Part shown: piece after piece, positions 7,408 to 14,413 of the stretch
Position numbering within the stretch: position 1 is the first letter of the stretch
Layout of the letters: each line of letters opens with the position of its first letter
Assembly: GCA_041492755.1 (NCBI GenBank)
Contig: JBGPXN010000102.1
Coordinates: 1 to 15,576, forward strand
Length of the DNA stretch: 15,576 nt
Reading direction: 5' to 3'
Origin: Candidatus Methylomirabilia bacterium
Lineage (GTDB): Bacteria; Methylomirabilota; Methylomirabilia; Rokubacteriales; CSP1-6
The notes under the pieces: generated by a model
Told to the model about the DNA's origin: nothing
Databases searched by the model: none
What the model saw: the letters and a program-made list of their open reading frames with translations, nothing else
Made by a program: the position numbers and the translations under genes

Positions 7408-8603
7408 ACCCGCGACCGGGGACGCGCCGCTCGCTCCTACGCCGGCGCGCGGGCTCGGGGGGCCGCCGCGTCGTCGTCAACGCCCTGTTGGTCCTCGCGT
7501 CGATCCTGGCCACCGTGGTCGCCATCGATCTCGTCGCGTTCTACGTGCTCGACGTCAAGCGGCCCGGGTATCGCCCCGACCGCTTCTTCCAGTTCTCCGA
7601 GACCATGGGACATTTCCACAAGCCCAACGCCGAGGGCTACTGGTACCGCTATCGCGACGGCTCGAAGTTCTACGTCCGCATCAACGGCTTCGGGCTGTCG
7701 GATGCCGCGCGCGCGATCGAGAAAACGCGGCCGCGCATCGCGCTCATCGGCGACTCCACGACCGAGGGCTGGGAGGCGGACGAGGGCGACCGACCGCACG
7801 ACGCCGTCGAGCGTGCGCTTGGCGGCCGCTTCGAGGTGTTGAACTTCGGGGTACGGGGCTACGGCACCGACCAGACGTACCTGCTCTTCACCACGACCGG
7901 CGCGCGGTTCACTCCCGACGTCGTGGTCTACACGTTCTGCGTCAACGACTTCGCCGACAACGCCACCACGGCCAACAAGCCCTACTTCGAGCTCGATGCC
8001 GGCAGTCCGGACGGATTGAGGCTCCGCGGCTATCCGATCCGGTTCCTCGGCTTTCCGATCCGGCGGCCCCGCGCGCCCGGAACCGTTGCCGGACTGGTGG
8101 ACGACCTGACGACGACGCTGGAAGATCGGTCACTCGTCTTTCGCACGGCCCGACGACAGGTGACAGGCCCACACCATCCGCCGCTGGAGGGGCACCTCGA
8201 CCTCCGTCCGTTCAAGCAGGTCTATGACGACGAAGACCGCCGCCGGGAGACGATCACGCTTCGGCTGATCTCTCTGCTCGACGCCGAGGTGAAGCGGCGC
8301 GGGATGAAGTTCCTCATGGTGGAGGGCCTGTACCGGCCGGTCGTGGACGCGCAGGCGCGGCAGGATGCCGAGCGCGTCTACGGGGCCCGGTTCGACTTCG
8401 ACCGGGTCTCGGCGAGGCTGGAGCGCCATTGCCGGGAGCGCGGCATCGAATGCCTGTCGCTGCCGCGCATGATCGCGGCCCAGGGCGTGCGGGCCGCGGA
8501 CGTGATGCGCGACGACGAGACGATTCACCTGGACCGTCGAGGGATCGCGTTCTACGGCAGGGCGGTGGCCGAGAAGCTGCGGGCGCTACGCTGGGTCGAA
8601 TGA
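7404..8603 (+). CDS. Membrane-anchored SGNH/GDSL-family hydrolase or O-acetyltransferase; start codon uncertain
   Basis: N-terminal TM helix, then IGDSTTEG (block I), NFGVRGYG (II), CVNDFADN (III) and DDETIH (V). No ATG/GTG/TTG lies in frame between the upstream stop and the TM helix, so the 5' coordinate is approximate. Confidence 0.82.
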   Translation: MDPRPGTRRSLLRRRAGSGGRRVVVNALLVLASILATVVAIDLVAFYVLDVKRPGYRPDRFFQFSETMGHFHKPNAEGYWYRYRDGSKFYVRINGFGLSDAARAIEKTRPRIALIGDSTTEGWEADEGDRPHDAVERALGGRFEVLNFGVRGYGTDQTYLLFTTTGARFTPDVVVYTFCVNDFADNATTANKPYFELDAGSPDGLRLRGYPIRFLGFPIRRPRAPGTVAGLVDDLTTTLEDRSLVFRTARRQVTGPHHPPLEGHLDLRPFKQVYDDEDRRRETITLRLISLLDAEVKRRGMKFLMVEGLYRPVVDAQARQDAERVYGARFDFDRVSARLERHCRERGIECLSLPRMIAAQGVRAADVMRDDETIHLDRRGIAFYGRAVAEKLRALRWVE

Positions 8604-9632
8604 GCGCGCCGGCCGCTTGACCCCACGACGCGAGAGGCGGACGGCGATCAGCACGATGCCGGCCGGGCCGCCGACCGTCAACGCGATGAACACGGCGGGA
8701 AGGATCCACTCGCGACTGGAGCCCAGGAACACCCAGTCGAACAGCCAGAGTCCCGACAGATAGCGCCGCAGGCTTCGTGGCGTCGGGCTGGCCGTCCGGG
8801 CCGCGGCCTGCGCCCGCTCCGGCGTCGCGCGGACGTCCGCCGGCCGAGCCAGCGTCGACGGTTCGGCGGCGACGGCGCCGATGTGATTCACCACCTCGCG
8901 CTCCCACCCCCGCGACGGCCGGTTGACCAGTCCGCCCTGGTTGGCGATGAAGAGCGACGTGGAGCTGCCGCCGTCGAGATTGAGCGCACGGTCGGCGCCG
9001 TGCTCGATCATCAGATCGGCCATCTCACCGAGCGTGGCGCCCTGGGCGCCGTCGCTGCGGCCATCCACGGTGGCGATGATCACGCTCCGACCGTCCGACG
9101 ACACGCCGATCGCCGTGCGCGCGTCACGCCAGGCCGGGAAGGCCGCCAGCTCGGCCGCCCGCCCGCCGTCCGTCACGAGGAGCGGTCGTCCACTGACGGC
9201 GTCGGTGAGATCGGCCGGAACGGCGCCGACGTCCGCGGCGGCGAGGATGATCGCCCGCCCGTCGCGCGCAACGCCGAAGGCGCCGTGCCGGCCGTCTGCG
9301 CCTGACCAGGTCTCGCCGCCCCCGGCGGCCAGGCCCTTGGCCTTCTGGCTGAACGCATCCCAGGGACCGCCGTTGACGGCGATGGCGAGGTGGGCGGACC
9401 GGGCGTAGTCGCTCGTCGTCTGCCAGCGCCCGGCGGCGGGTGTCGCCCGCATGCGTACCTCGCGGGTGAGGTCGAGCACGAGGACGCGGAAGCTCGTGGG
9501 CCCCGGCGTCGTGCGCTGGAGGGAGCGGATGCCGGGATAGGGCTCGGTCCACGTATCGAGCGCCCGGCTCGTCGCCGGCTGAAGGGCGAGGGCGCCGACG
9601 ACGGCAAGCACGAGCGCGACACGAGAAAGCAT
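8586..9632 (-). CDS. Phosphodiester glycosidase family protein (NAGPA/DUF2233-like) with signal peptide and C-terminal TM anchor
   Basis: Motifs AVNGG, ARTAIG, TVDGR..GATL.EMA and ALNLDGGSS. ATG 9632 has a GGAG RBS and a signal peptide ending ..SRA. The 3' end overlaps the SGNH gene by 18 bp. Confidence 0.88.
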   Translation of the reverse strand: MLSRVALVLAVVGALALQPATSRALDTWTEPYPGIRSLQRTTPGPTSFRVLVLDLTREVRMRATPAAGRWQTTSDYARSAHLAIAVNGGPWDAFSQKAKGLAAGGGETWSGADGRHGAFGVARDGRAIILAAADVGAVPADLTDAVSGRPLLVTDGGRAAELAAFPAWRDARTAIGVSSDGRSVIIATVDGRSDGAQGATLGEMADLMIEHGADRALNLDGGSSTSLFIANQGGLVNRPSRGWEREVVNHIGAVAAEPSTLARPADVRATPERAQAAARTASPTPRSLRRYLSGLWLFDWVFLGSSREWILPAVFIALTVGGPAGIVLIAVRLSRRGVKRPARSFDPA

Positions 9633-9650
9633 TGGGCTCCGCCGCCGCGT

Positions 9651-9659
9651 TGCTAGAAT
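9651..9659 (+). promoter_or_regulatory. Extended -10 promoter (TGc-TAGAAT) for the amidase-rph-rdgB operon, probably near-leaderless
   Basis: TGCTAGAAT ends 8 nt before ATG 9668, with no RBS in between. It lies in the 35-bp divergent gap. Confidence 0.55.
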
Positions 9660-9667
9660 AGCCATCG

Positions 9668-10882
9668 ATGACCCTGCGCCGGCCCGTCGTCGCAGTGATC
9701 GCTCTCCTGGCCAGTGTGCTCGCGGGCGCGGCGATCTCCCTGCCGAACCTCGGAGCGACCGCCGGCGCCGCGTCCACCAAGGCGCCGAAGGCCCCCGACG
9801 TCTCCCGCACCACCGCCGTCACCGCCTCGGTGACCGACGTGCGCGTGCGCTCGTATCCAAGCTTCACGCGCGTGGTGGTGGAGACGACCGAGCCGATCCG
9901 CAGCCGCGTCGACGCCAACGGCCCGACGGCGGCGCGGGTGCGGCTGATCGGCGTCGACGCCGACCAGCACGTGGAGTCGGTTCACGACGGCTTCATCGGC
10001 GAGCTGCGGGTCGAGCGGGGCGCCACCGACACGGTCATCCACGTGATCTTCGAGGGCGTGGCCGGCCAGCTCAAAACAAAAACGCTCACCGATCCGCCCC
10101 GCCTGCTGCTCGACTTCGTGCGGCCCACCGAGCCGGGCCCGCCGGGACGCCGGGAAGGCGAGACCAGGCTGCGCAGCGTCGTGCTCGACGCCGGGCACGG
10201 GGGCCACGACTCCGGCACCCGTGGCCCCACCGGCCTGTTCGAAAAGGACCTCGTGCTGGACGTCACGCGACGCGTGGCAAAGCTCGCGCGCGAGCGGCTC
10301 GAGGTCAAGGTGCTGCTCTCGCGCGACGACGACCGCTTCGTGACGTTGAAAGACCGCACGAGCTTCGCCAACCGCGAGAACGCCGACCTGTTCGTGTCGA
10401 TCCACGCCAACGGCCATCGCCAGGCTGACAGCGCCGGCATCGAGACGTACTTCCTGTCGTCGGAAGCGACGGACTCGGCGGCGCGCCAGCTCGCCGCGCT
10501 CGAGAACAACGTGGTCCAGTTCGAGCGGCCGACCGCCACCACGGTGGCGGCGCGCCCCGATTTCTTGAAGACGATCCTCTGGGACCTCGCGCAGTCCGAG
10601 TTCCAGGTGCAGTCCTCCCGCGTCGCCGAGATCGTCCTGGATTCGATGACCCGCGCGCTGCGCGTGCCCAATCGCGGCGTCAAGCAGGCCGGCTTCTACG
10701 TCCTGGGCGGCGCGGCCATGCCGGCTGTGCTCATCGAGATCGGCTTCGTGACGAATCCGAAAGAGGAGCGCCGGCTCAAGGAGAGCACCTACCGCGACGA
10801 GATCGCGCGCGCGATCTTCGCCGGCCTCGCCGAGTACAAGCGCGACTACGAGCAGGGGACGCGCGGGCCGCTCGCCCGCTGA
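9668..10882 (+). CDS. amiC: N-acetylmuramoyl-L-alanine amidase (Amidase_3) with N-terminal AMIN-like domain
   Basis: Motifs LDAGHGG.D.G, EKD.VL, R...AN...ADLFVSIHAN and PAVLIEIGFVTN. Signal peptide present, with AMIN-like segments TRVVVE and DPPRLLLDF. Confidence 0.9.
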   Translation: MTLRRPVVAVIALLASVLAGAAISLPNLGATAGAASTKAPKAPDVSRTTAVTASVTDVRVRSYPSFTRVVVETTEPIRSRVDANGPTAARVRLIGVDADQHVESVHDGFIGELRVERGATDTVIHVIFEGVAGQLKTKTLTDPPRLLLDFVRPTEPGPPGRREGETRLRSVVLDAGHGGHDSGTRGPTGLFEKDLVLDVTRRVAKLARERLEVKVLLSRDDDRFVTLKDRTSFANRENADLFVSIHANGHRQADSAGIETYFLSSEATDSAARQLAALENNVVQFERPTATTVAARPDFLKTILWDLAQSEFQVQSSRVAEIVLDSMTRALRVPNRGVKQAGFYVLGGAAMPAVLIEIGFVTNPKEERRLKESTYRDEIARAIFAGLAEYKRDYEQGTRGPLAR

Positions 10883-10885
10883 GCC

Positions 10886-11617
10886 ATGGCCCGGGTCGAC
10901 GGCCGCGCCCTCGACCAGCTTCGTCCCGTCACCTTCACGCGCGATTTCCTCGTCCACCCCGAGGGCTCGGTCCTGGTCGAGTTCGGTGTCACCAAGGTCA
11001 TCTGCACCGCGAGCGTCGAGGACAAGATTCCGAACTTCCTCAAGGGGCAGGGCCTGGGCTGGGTGACCGCGGAATACGGCATGCTGCCGCGCTCGACCAA
11101 CACGCGCATGACCCGCGAGAACCGCGGCCCGAGCGGGCGCTCGCAGGAGATCCAGCGCCTGGTCGGCCGGGCCCTGCGCGCGGTGGTGGACCGCGGGCGG
11201 CTCGGCGAGCGCACGATCTGGATCGACTGCGACGTCATCCAGGCCGACGGCGGCACCCGGACGGCCGCCATCACCGGCGCCTTCGTGGCGCTGGCCGATG
11301 CGCTCACGAAAATCCCCGGGGTGGACGTCAAGGCGGTGCTGCGTGACCACGTGGCTGCCGTGAGCGTCGGGATCGTGCAGGGCCAGCCGACGCTCGACCT
11401 CAACTACGTCGAGGACTCCAGCGCCGAAACCGACATGAACGTCGTGATGACGGGCACGGGCGAGTTCGTCGAAGTCCAGGGCACGGCCGAGCAGGCGCCC
11501 TTCGGCCGCGCGCATCTCGATGCGATGCTCGCACTCGCCGAGCAGGGCATCCGCCGACTGATCGCGCTCCAGCGGCGCGCCCGCGACGCCCGTGCCGAGC
11601 GCGTTTTCACGGGCTGA
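10886..11617 (+). CDS. rph: Ribonuclease PH
   Basis: Motifs [49 protein letters not shown] and EVQGTAE. Confidence 0.98.
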   Translation: MARVDGRALDQLRPVTFTRDFLVHPEGSVLVEFGVTKVICTASVEDKIPNFLKGQGLGWVTAEYGMLPRSTNTRMTRENRGPSGRSQEIQRLVGRALRAVVDRGRLGERTIWIDCDVIQADGGTRTAAITGAFVALADALTKIPGVDVKAVLRDHVAAVSVGIVQGQPTLDLNYVEDSSAETDMNVVMTGTGEFVEVQGTAEQAPFGRAHLDAMLALAEQGIRRLIALQRRARDARAERVFTG

Positions 11618-11821
11618 TGGGGGGCCCCGACATGGCCCCCCATACCCCCCAATACGCTCGGAGCGCCCCGGGGAACCCGTGGCGCTCCTCGACCTCGCGT
11701 GCTGGCCTCGGGGCCCGACATGGCCCGCCATACCCCCCTCACGCTCGGCGCGTCCGGGGGAACCCGGGGCGTTCCTCGATATCGCCTGCTGGCCTTGGGG
11801 CCCGACATGATCCCCCGTACC
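11617..11821. repeat. Tandem ~88-bp palindromic (REP-like) repeat, 2 full copies plus 1 partial
   Basis: Units GGGGCCC(C)GACATG...ATACCCCCC...ACGCTCGG.GCG.CC.GGGGAACCCG.GGCG..CCTCGA...TCGC.TGCTGGCCT begin at ~11621, 11710 and 11797 (partial). Internal stems are ATGGGGGGCC/GGCCCCCCAT (11617-11643) and GGAGCGCC/GGCGCTCC (11660-11688). Confidence 0.9.
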
Positions 11822-12424
11822 GGGCCAATCCTCGTCCTTGCTACTCTCAATGCGGCGAAGGCCCGCGAGCTCATGGCGCTCCTTGCCGGCGTTCCGTTCA
11901 CCGTTCGGTCGCTGGCGGAGCTATCCACCGGTCCGCTTCCTGAGGAAGGCGCGGTGTCCTATCACGCCAACGCTCTCGTCAAGGCGCGCACCGTCGCGGC
12001 GCGCCTGGGCGCGGTGGCCCTGGGCGACGATTCGGGACTCGAGGTCGACGCGCTCGGCGGCGGTCCCGGGGTGGCGTCGGCGCGCTACGGCGGGCCCGGC
12101 CTCGACGACGTCGGTCGCTGCCAACGACTGCTGTCCGAGCTTGCCGGCGTCCCGGCCGCGCGGCGCACCGCGCGATTCCGCGCCGTGATCGCCATCGTCG
12201 AACCGGACGGGCGGGAGCATGTGGTCGAAGGCGTCGCCGAGGGCGTGATCGCGGCTGCGCCCCGAGGCGCCGGCGGCTTCGGCTACGACCCCGTCTTCTA
12301 CTACCCGCCGCTCGGTCGCACGTTCGGTGAGCTGTCGGCCGCGGAGAAGAGGGACATCAGCCATCGCGGGCGGGCCGCTCGCGCCGCGCGCGGCGTGCTC
12401 GAGAGCATCGCCGCGCGCGGGTGA
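11807..12424 (+). CDS. rdgB: Non-canonical purine NTP pyrophosphatase (RdgB/HAM1)
   Basis: Motifs LATLN..K.RE, NALVKA, DDSGLEVDAL.GGPGV.SARY, GFGYDPVF and K..ISHRG. It follows rph as usual. Alternative in-frame ATG at 11720. Confidence 0.96.
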   Translation: MIPRTGPILVLATLNAAKARELMALLAGVPFTVRSLAELSTGPLPEEGAVSYHANALVKARTVAARLGAVALGDDSGLEVDALGGGPGVASARYGGPGLDDVGRCQRLLSELAGVPAARRTARFRAVIAIVEPDGREHVVEGVAEGVIAAAPRGAGGFGYDPVFYYPPLGRTFGELSAAEKRDISHRGRAARAARGVLESIAARG

Positions 12425-12442
12425 GCGCGTGAGGTCGATGAG

Positions 12443-13009
12443 CTACCCGGCGTAACCGCGCGAGCGCATGCAGCTCGAGTACGCGGCGCGGTACTGCTCG
12501 TCCTGCTTCCGGTTCTCGTTCAGGCCGTAGAGCGTTCCGCCGCCGGCGCCGACGAGGCCGCCGATCGCCGCGCCTTTACCGGCGCCCTTGCCACCGTCGG
12601 CGATCGCGCCGCCGGCGGCCCCCACCGCCGCGCCCGCCACGGCCCCAAGGACCGCGTTCTTCACCGTGTCGAGCGTCTTGTCCCGCTGCTCCGCGTGCGT
12701 CACCGCGTACTGGTTGCACGCTTCGACCACCGACTGCGTCGGGGTCGCGGGCGCCACCGGCGCGGCCGGTGCCGGCGCCGGCCGCTCGCGCGGGGCCGCC
12801 GCGACGGCGCGCGGCGCGGCCGGCGGCGCGGCAGCGCGTGCGGGCGCTGCCGCCGGGACGGGGACTTGCGCGGGGACGGGCGCTTGCGCGGTCGGCTCCG
12901 GCGTCGGTCCCAGGCGGTTCGCGACGACGACACCGGTCACGACCGCCGTGACCATGACGAGACCCATGCCGAGTGCGACGAGCTTCCACGGATTCCAGCT
13001 GTTGTTCAT
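12443..13009 (-). CDS. Glycine-zipper (YMGG-like) envelope protein with N-terminal TM and Pro/Ala linker
   Basis: Zipper GAVAGAAVGAAGGAIADGGKGAGKGAAIGGLVGAGGG, flanking Cys pair (EACNQY ... YSSCMRSRGY) and a hydrophobic N-terminus. Confidence 0.85.
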   Translation of the reverse strand: MNNSWNPWKLVALGMGLVMVTAVVTGVVVANRLGPTPEPTAQAPVPAQVPVPAAAPARAAAPPAAPRAVAAAPRERPAPAPAAPVAPATPTQSVVEACNQYAVTHAEQRDKTLDTVKNAVLGAVAGAAVGAAGGAIADGGKGAGKGAAIGGLVGAGGGTLYGLNENRKQDEQYRAAYSSCMRSRGYAG

Positions 13010-13053
13010 GAGGGAAGGTTCCCTTTCTCGACGCCACGGGCGGTGCCAGGCAT

Positions 13054-13099
13054 CGCGAGGTTCGTACCAGCCAGCCGCTGCGTAGCAGTCGCGATGCCA
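13054..13099 (-). promoter_or_regulatory. Two tandem sigma54 (-24/-12)-like promoters upstream of the glycine-zipper gene
   Basis: TGGCATCGCGACTGCT (13099-13084) and TGGTACGAACCTCGCG (13069-13054) both have the GG-N10-GC spacing. A TGT-N10-ACA dyad lies upstream at 13152-13167. Confidence 0.5.
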
Positions 13100-13248
13100 A
13101 ACGCTTCAGCGATGTGCGACGCTGACTTATGAGCGTCCGTTGGATCGATCCTGTCAGGATTTGGACAATCAGTGTCGTGGGCGCCACCTTCCGTCGCCGC
13201 ATGTTCCGTGTCACACTCGTCCAGCCGTTCAGTGTACCGTCGCGTATT

Positions 13249-13325
13249 CGGGGTGTGGCGCAGCCAGGTAGCGCACCTGCTTTGGGAGCAGGGGGTCGGA
13301 GGTTCAAATCCTCTCACCCCGACCA
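13249..13325 (+). tRNA. tRNA-Pro (anticodon TGG)
   Basis: Acceptor stem CGGGGTG/CACCCCG, anticodon arm CCTGC-TTTGGGA-GCAGG, T-loop GGTTCAAATCC and encoded CCA. Confidence 0.98.
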
Positions 13326-13354
13326 TCACGGTCGATCAACGGAGAGTGACGTTC

Positions 13355-13657
13355 ATGAGGACGTATGCGTACGCAGTGATGGTGATCGCCGCCGTGCTGC
13401 TGGTGAGCCCGGCGCCCGTCCGAGCGTTTACCTGCCCCGTTGTCATCAAGCAGGCCGAGGACCTCATCAAGAAGGCGGAGTCGGGAAAGGTGACGCCCGA
13501 AACGCGGCCGCTCCTGGACGAGGCCAAGAAGATGGTGGTCGAGGCCAAGGCCCACCACGAAACGGCCAGGGCCAAGAAGGACCACGCCGACGCCGTCCGC
13601 AAGGCCAAGGTCGCCCTCGCCCTCGCCGAGGAAGTGATCACGCTCCAGGCGCCGTAG
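13355..13657 (+). CDS. Small secreted helical protein (100 aa) with CP and His motifs
   Basis: GGAGAG RBS, signal peptide ending ..PVRA, amphipathic helical mature part (FTCP...AHH...DHA) and host-like codon usage. Confidence 0.8.
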   Translation: MRTYAYAVMVIAAVLLVSPAPVRAFTCPVVIKQAEDLIKKAESGKVTPETRPLLDEAKKMVVEAKAHHETARAKKDHADAVRKAKVALALAEEVITLQAP

Positions 13658-13678
13658 CGCTTCCGGGGACCGGGCGTC

Positions 13679-14239
13679 TCACACGATGCCCGGGTAGGTC
13701 ACCCTCGTGCCCTCCACTCGGGCCCACGGCGTGAGGACGTGCGGCTCGGCCTGCGTCACGTCGAGGATGTGGCCCACGTCGATCGCGCGGGCGAGGAGTG
13801 CGTCGGCAATCAGCGAGCGGTGGCACCGCCACGGCACTGTCTCCGCGCACATGATGGCGGTCGCTCCGTCCCGCGCCAGATCGAGCAGCGCCTCGAGCGC
13901 CTGGCTGAACGGCTCCGTCTCCATGTAGTCGGCGTAGCCGCGGAAGCCGGCGTTCGTCCATCCGGTGTTCGTGGAGTCGGGGCGCGGGCGGCGCAGGCCG
14001 CCGAGCCCGGGTCGGTGCGCGTACTCGATTCCGGCCTCGCGCAGGGTCTTGGGCAGCGCCTCGCGATTGAACTGGGGATTGCGCCGCGAGCGAGGGATCG
14101 TGCGGACGTCGACCAGGCGGTGAATGCCGTGGGCACGCAGCAGCTCGATCAGCGCGTCCGCGGTGCGCGTGCCATGGCCGATGGTCCACACGGCGGGTAG
14201 ACGGGCACGGTCCGTCGGCGGGCGCGCGTCGGTATCCAC
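13679..14239 (-). CDS. DUF488 family protein
   Basis: Motifs WTIGHG.R, LVDVRTIPRSRRNPQFN, LGGLR, FRGYADYM and MCAE.VPWRCHRSLIADAL. Start GTG 14239, because the longer track ORF runs through the tRNA. Confidence 0.92.
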   Translation of the reverse strand: MDTDARPPTDRARLPAVWTIGHGTRTADALIELLRAHGIHRLVDVRTIPRSRRNPQFNREALPKTLREAGIEYAHRPGLGGLRRPRPDSTNTGWTNAGFRGYADYMETEPFSQALEALLDLARDGATAIMCAETVPWRCHRSLIADALLARAIDVGHILDVTQAEPHVLTPWARVEGTRVTYPGIV

Positions 14240-14268
14240 GGTAGGCTGGTGTATCGTAACGACCTGAT

Positions 14269-14345
14269 GCGCCTGTAGCTCAGTTGGATAGAGCATCGGA
14301 CTTCTAATCCGAGGGTCGCAGGTTCGACTCCTGCCAGGCGCACCA
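14269..14345 (+). tRNA. tRNA-Arg (anticodon TCT)
   Basis: Acceptor stem GCGCCTG/CAGGCGC, anticodon arm TCGGA-CTTCTAA-TCCGA, T-loop GGTTCGACTCC and encoded CCA. Confidence 0.98.
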
Positions 14346-14380
14346 CGTTCTCGCCCACTTCCACGACACCGACCGCAGCG

Positions 14381-14413
14381 ACTGTCACCGTACACCCCGT
14401 AAACTGTCACCAT
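14381..14413. repeat. Direct repeat ACTGTCACC(G/A)T x2, 22 bp apart; candidate integrase arm-type sites
   Basis: ACTGTCACCGT at 14381-14391 and ACTGTCACCAT at 14403-14413. Confidence 0.6.

Noticed and set aside
9653..11731. 692-aa minus-strand ORF and other nested ORFs over the amidase, rph and integrase genes
   Set aside because: These are antisense or alternate-frame shadows of well-supported genes with no recognisable motifs.
11617..11821. CRISPR array or attC cluster
   Set aside because: The ~88-bp units are similar along their whole length with no unique spacers. There are no cas genes and no RYYYAAC/GTTRRRY boxes.
13006..14413. ORFs or extensions spanning the tRNAs (13006-13329, 12576-13307, 13172 start, 14149-14388, 14413 start)
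   Set aside because: They translate tRNA sequence (e.g. GFEPPTPCSQSRCAT, GVEPATLGLEVRCSIQLSY), a known annotation artefact.
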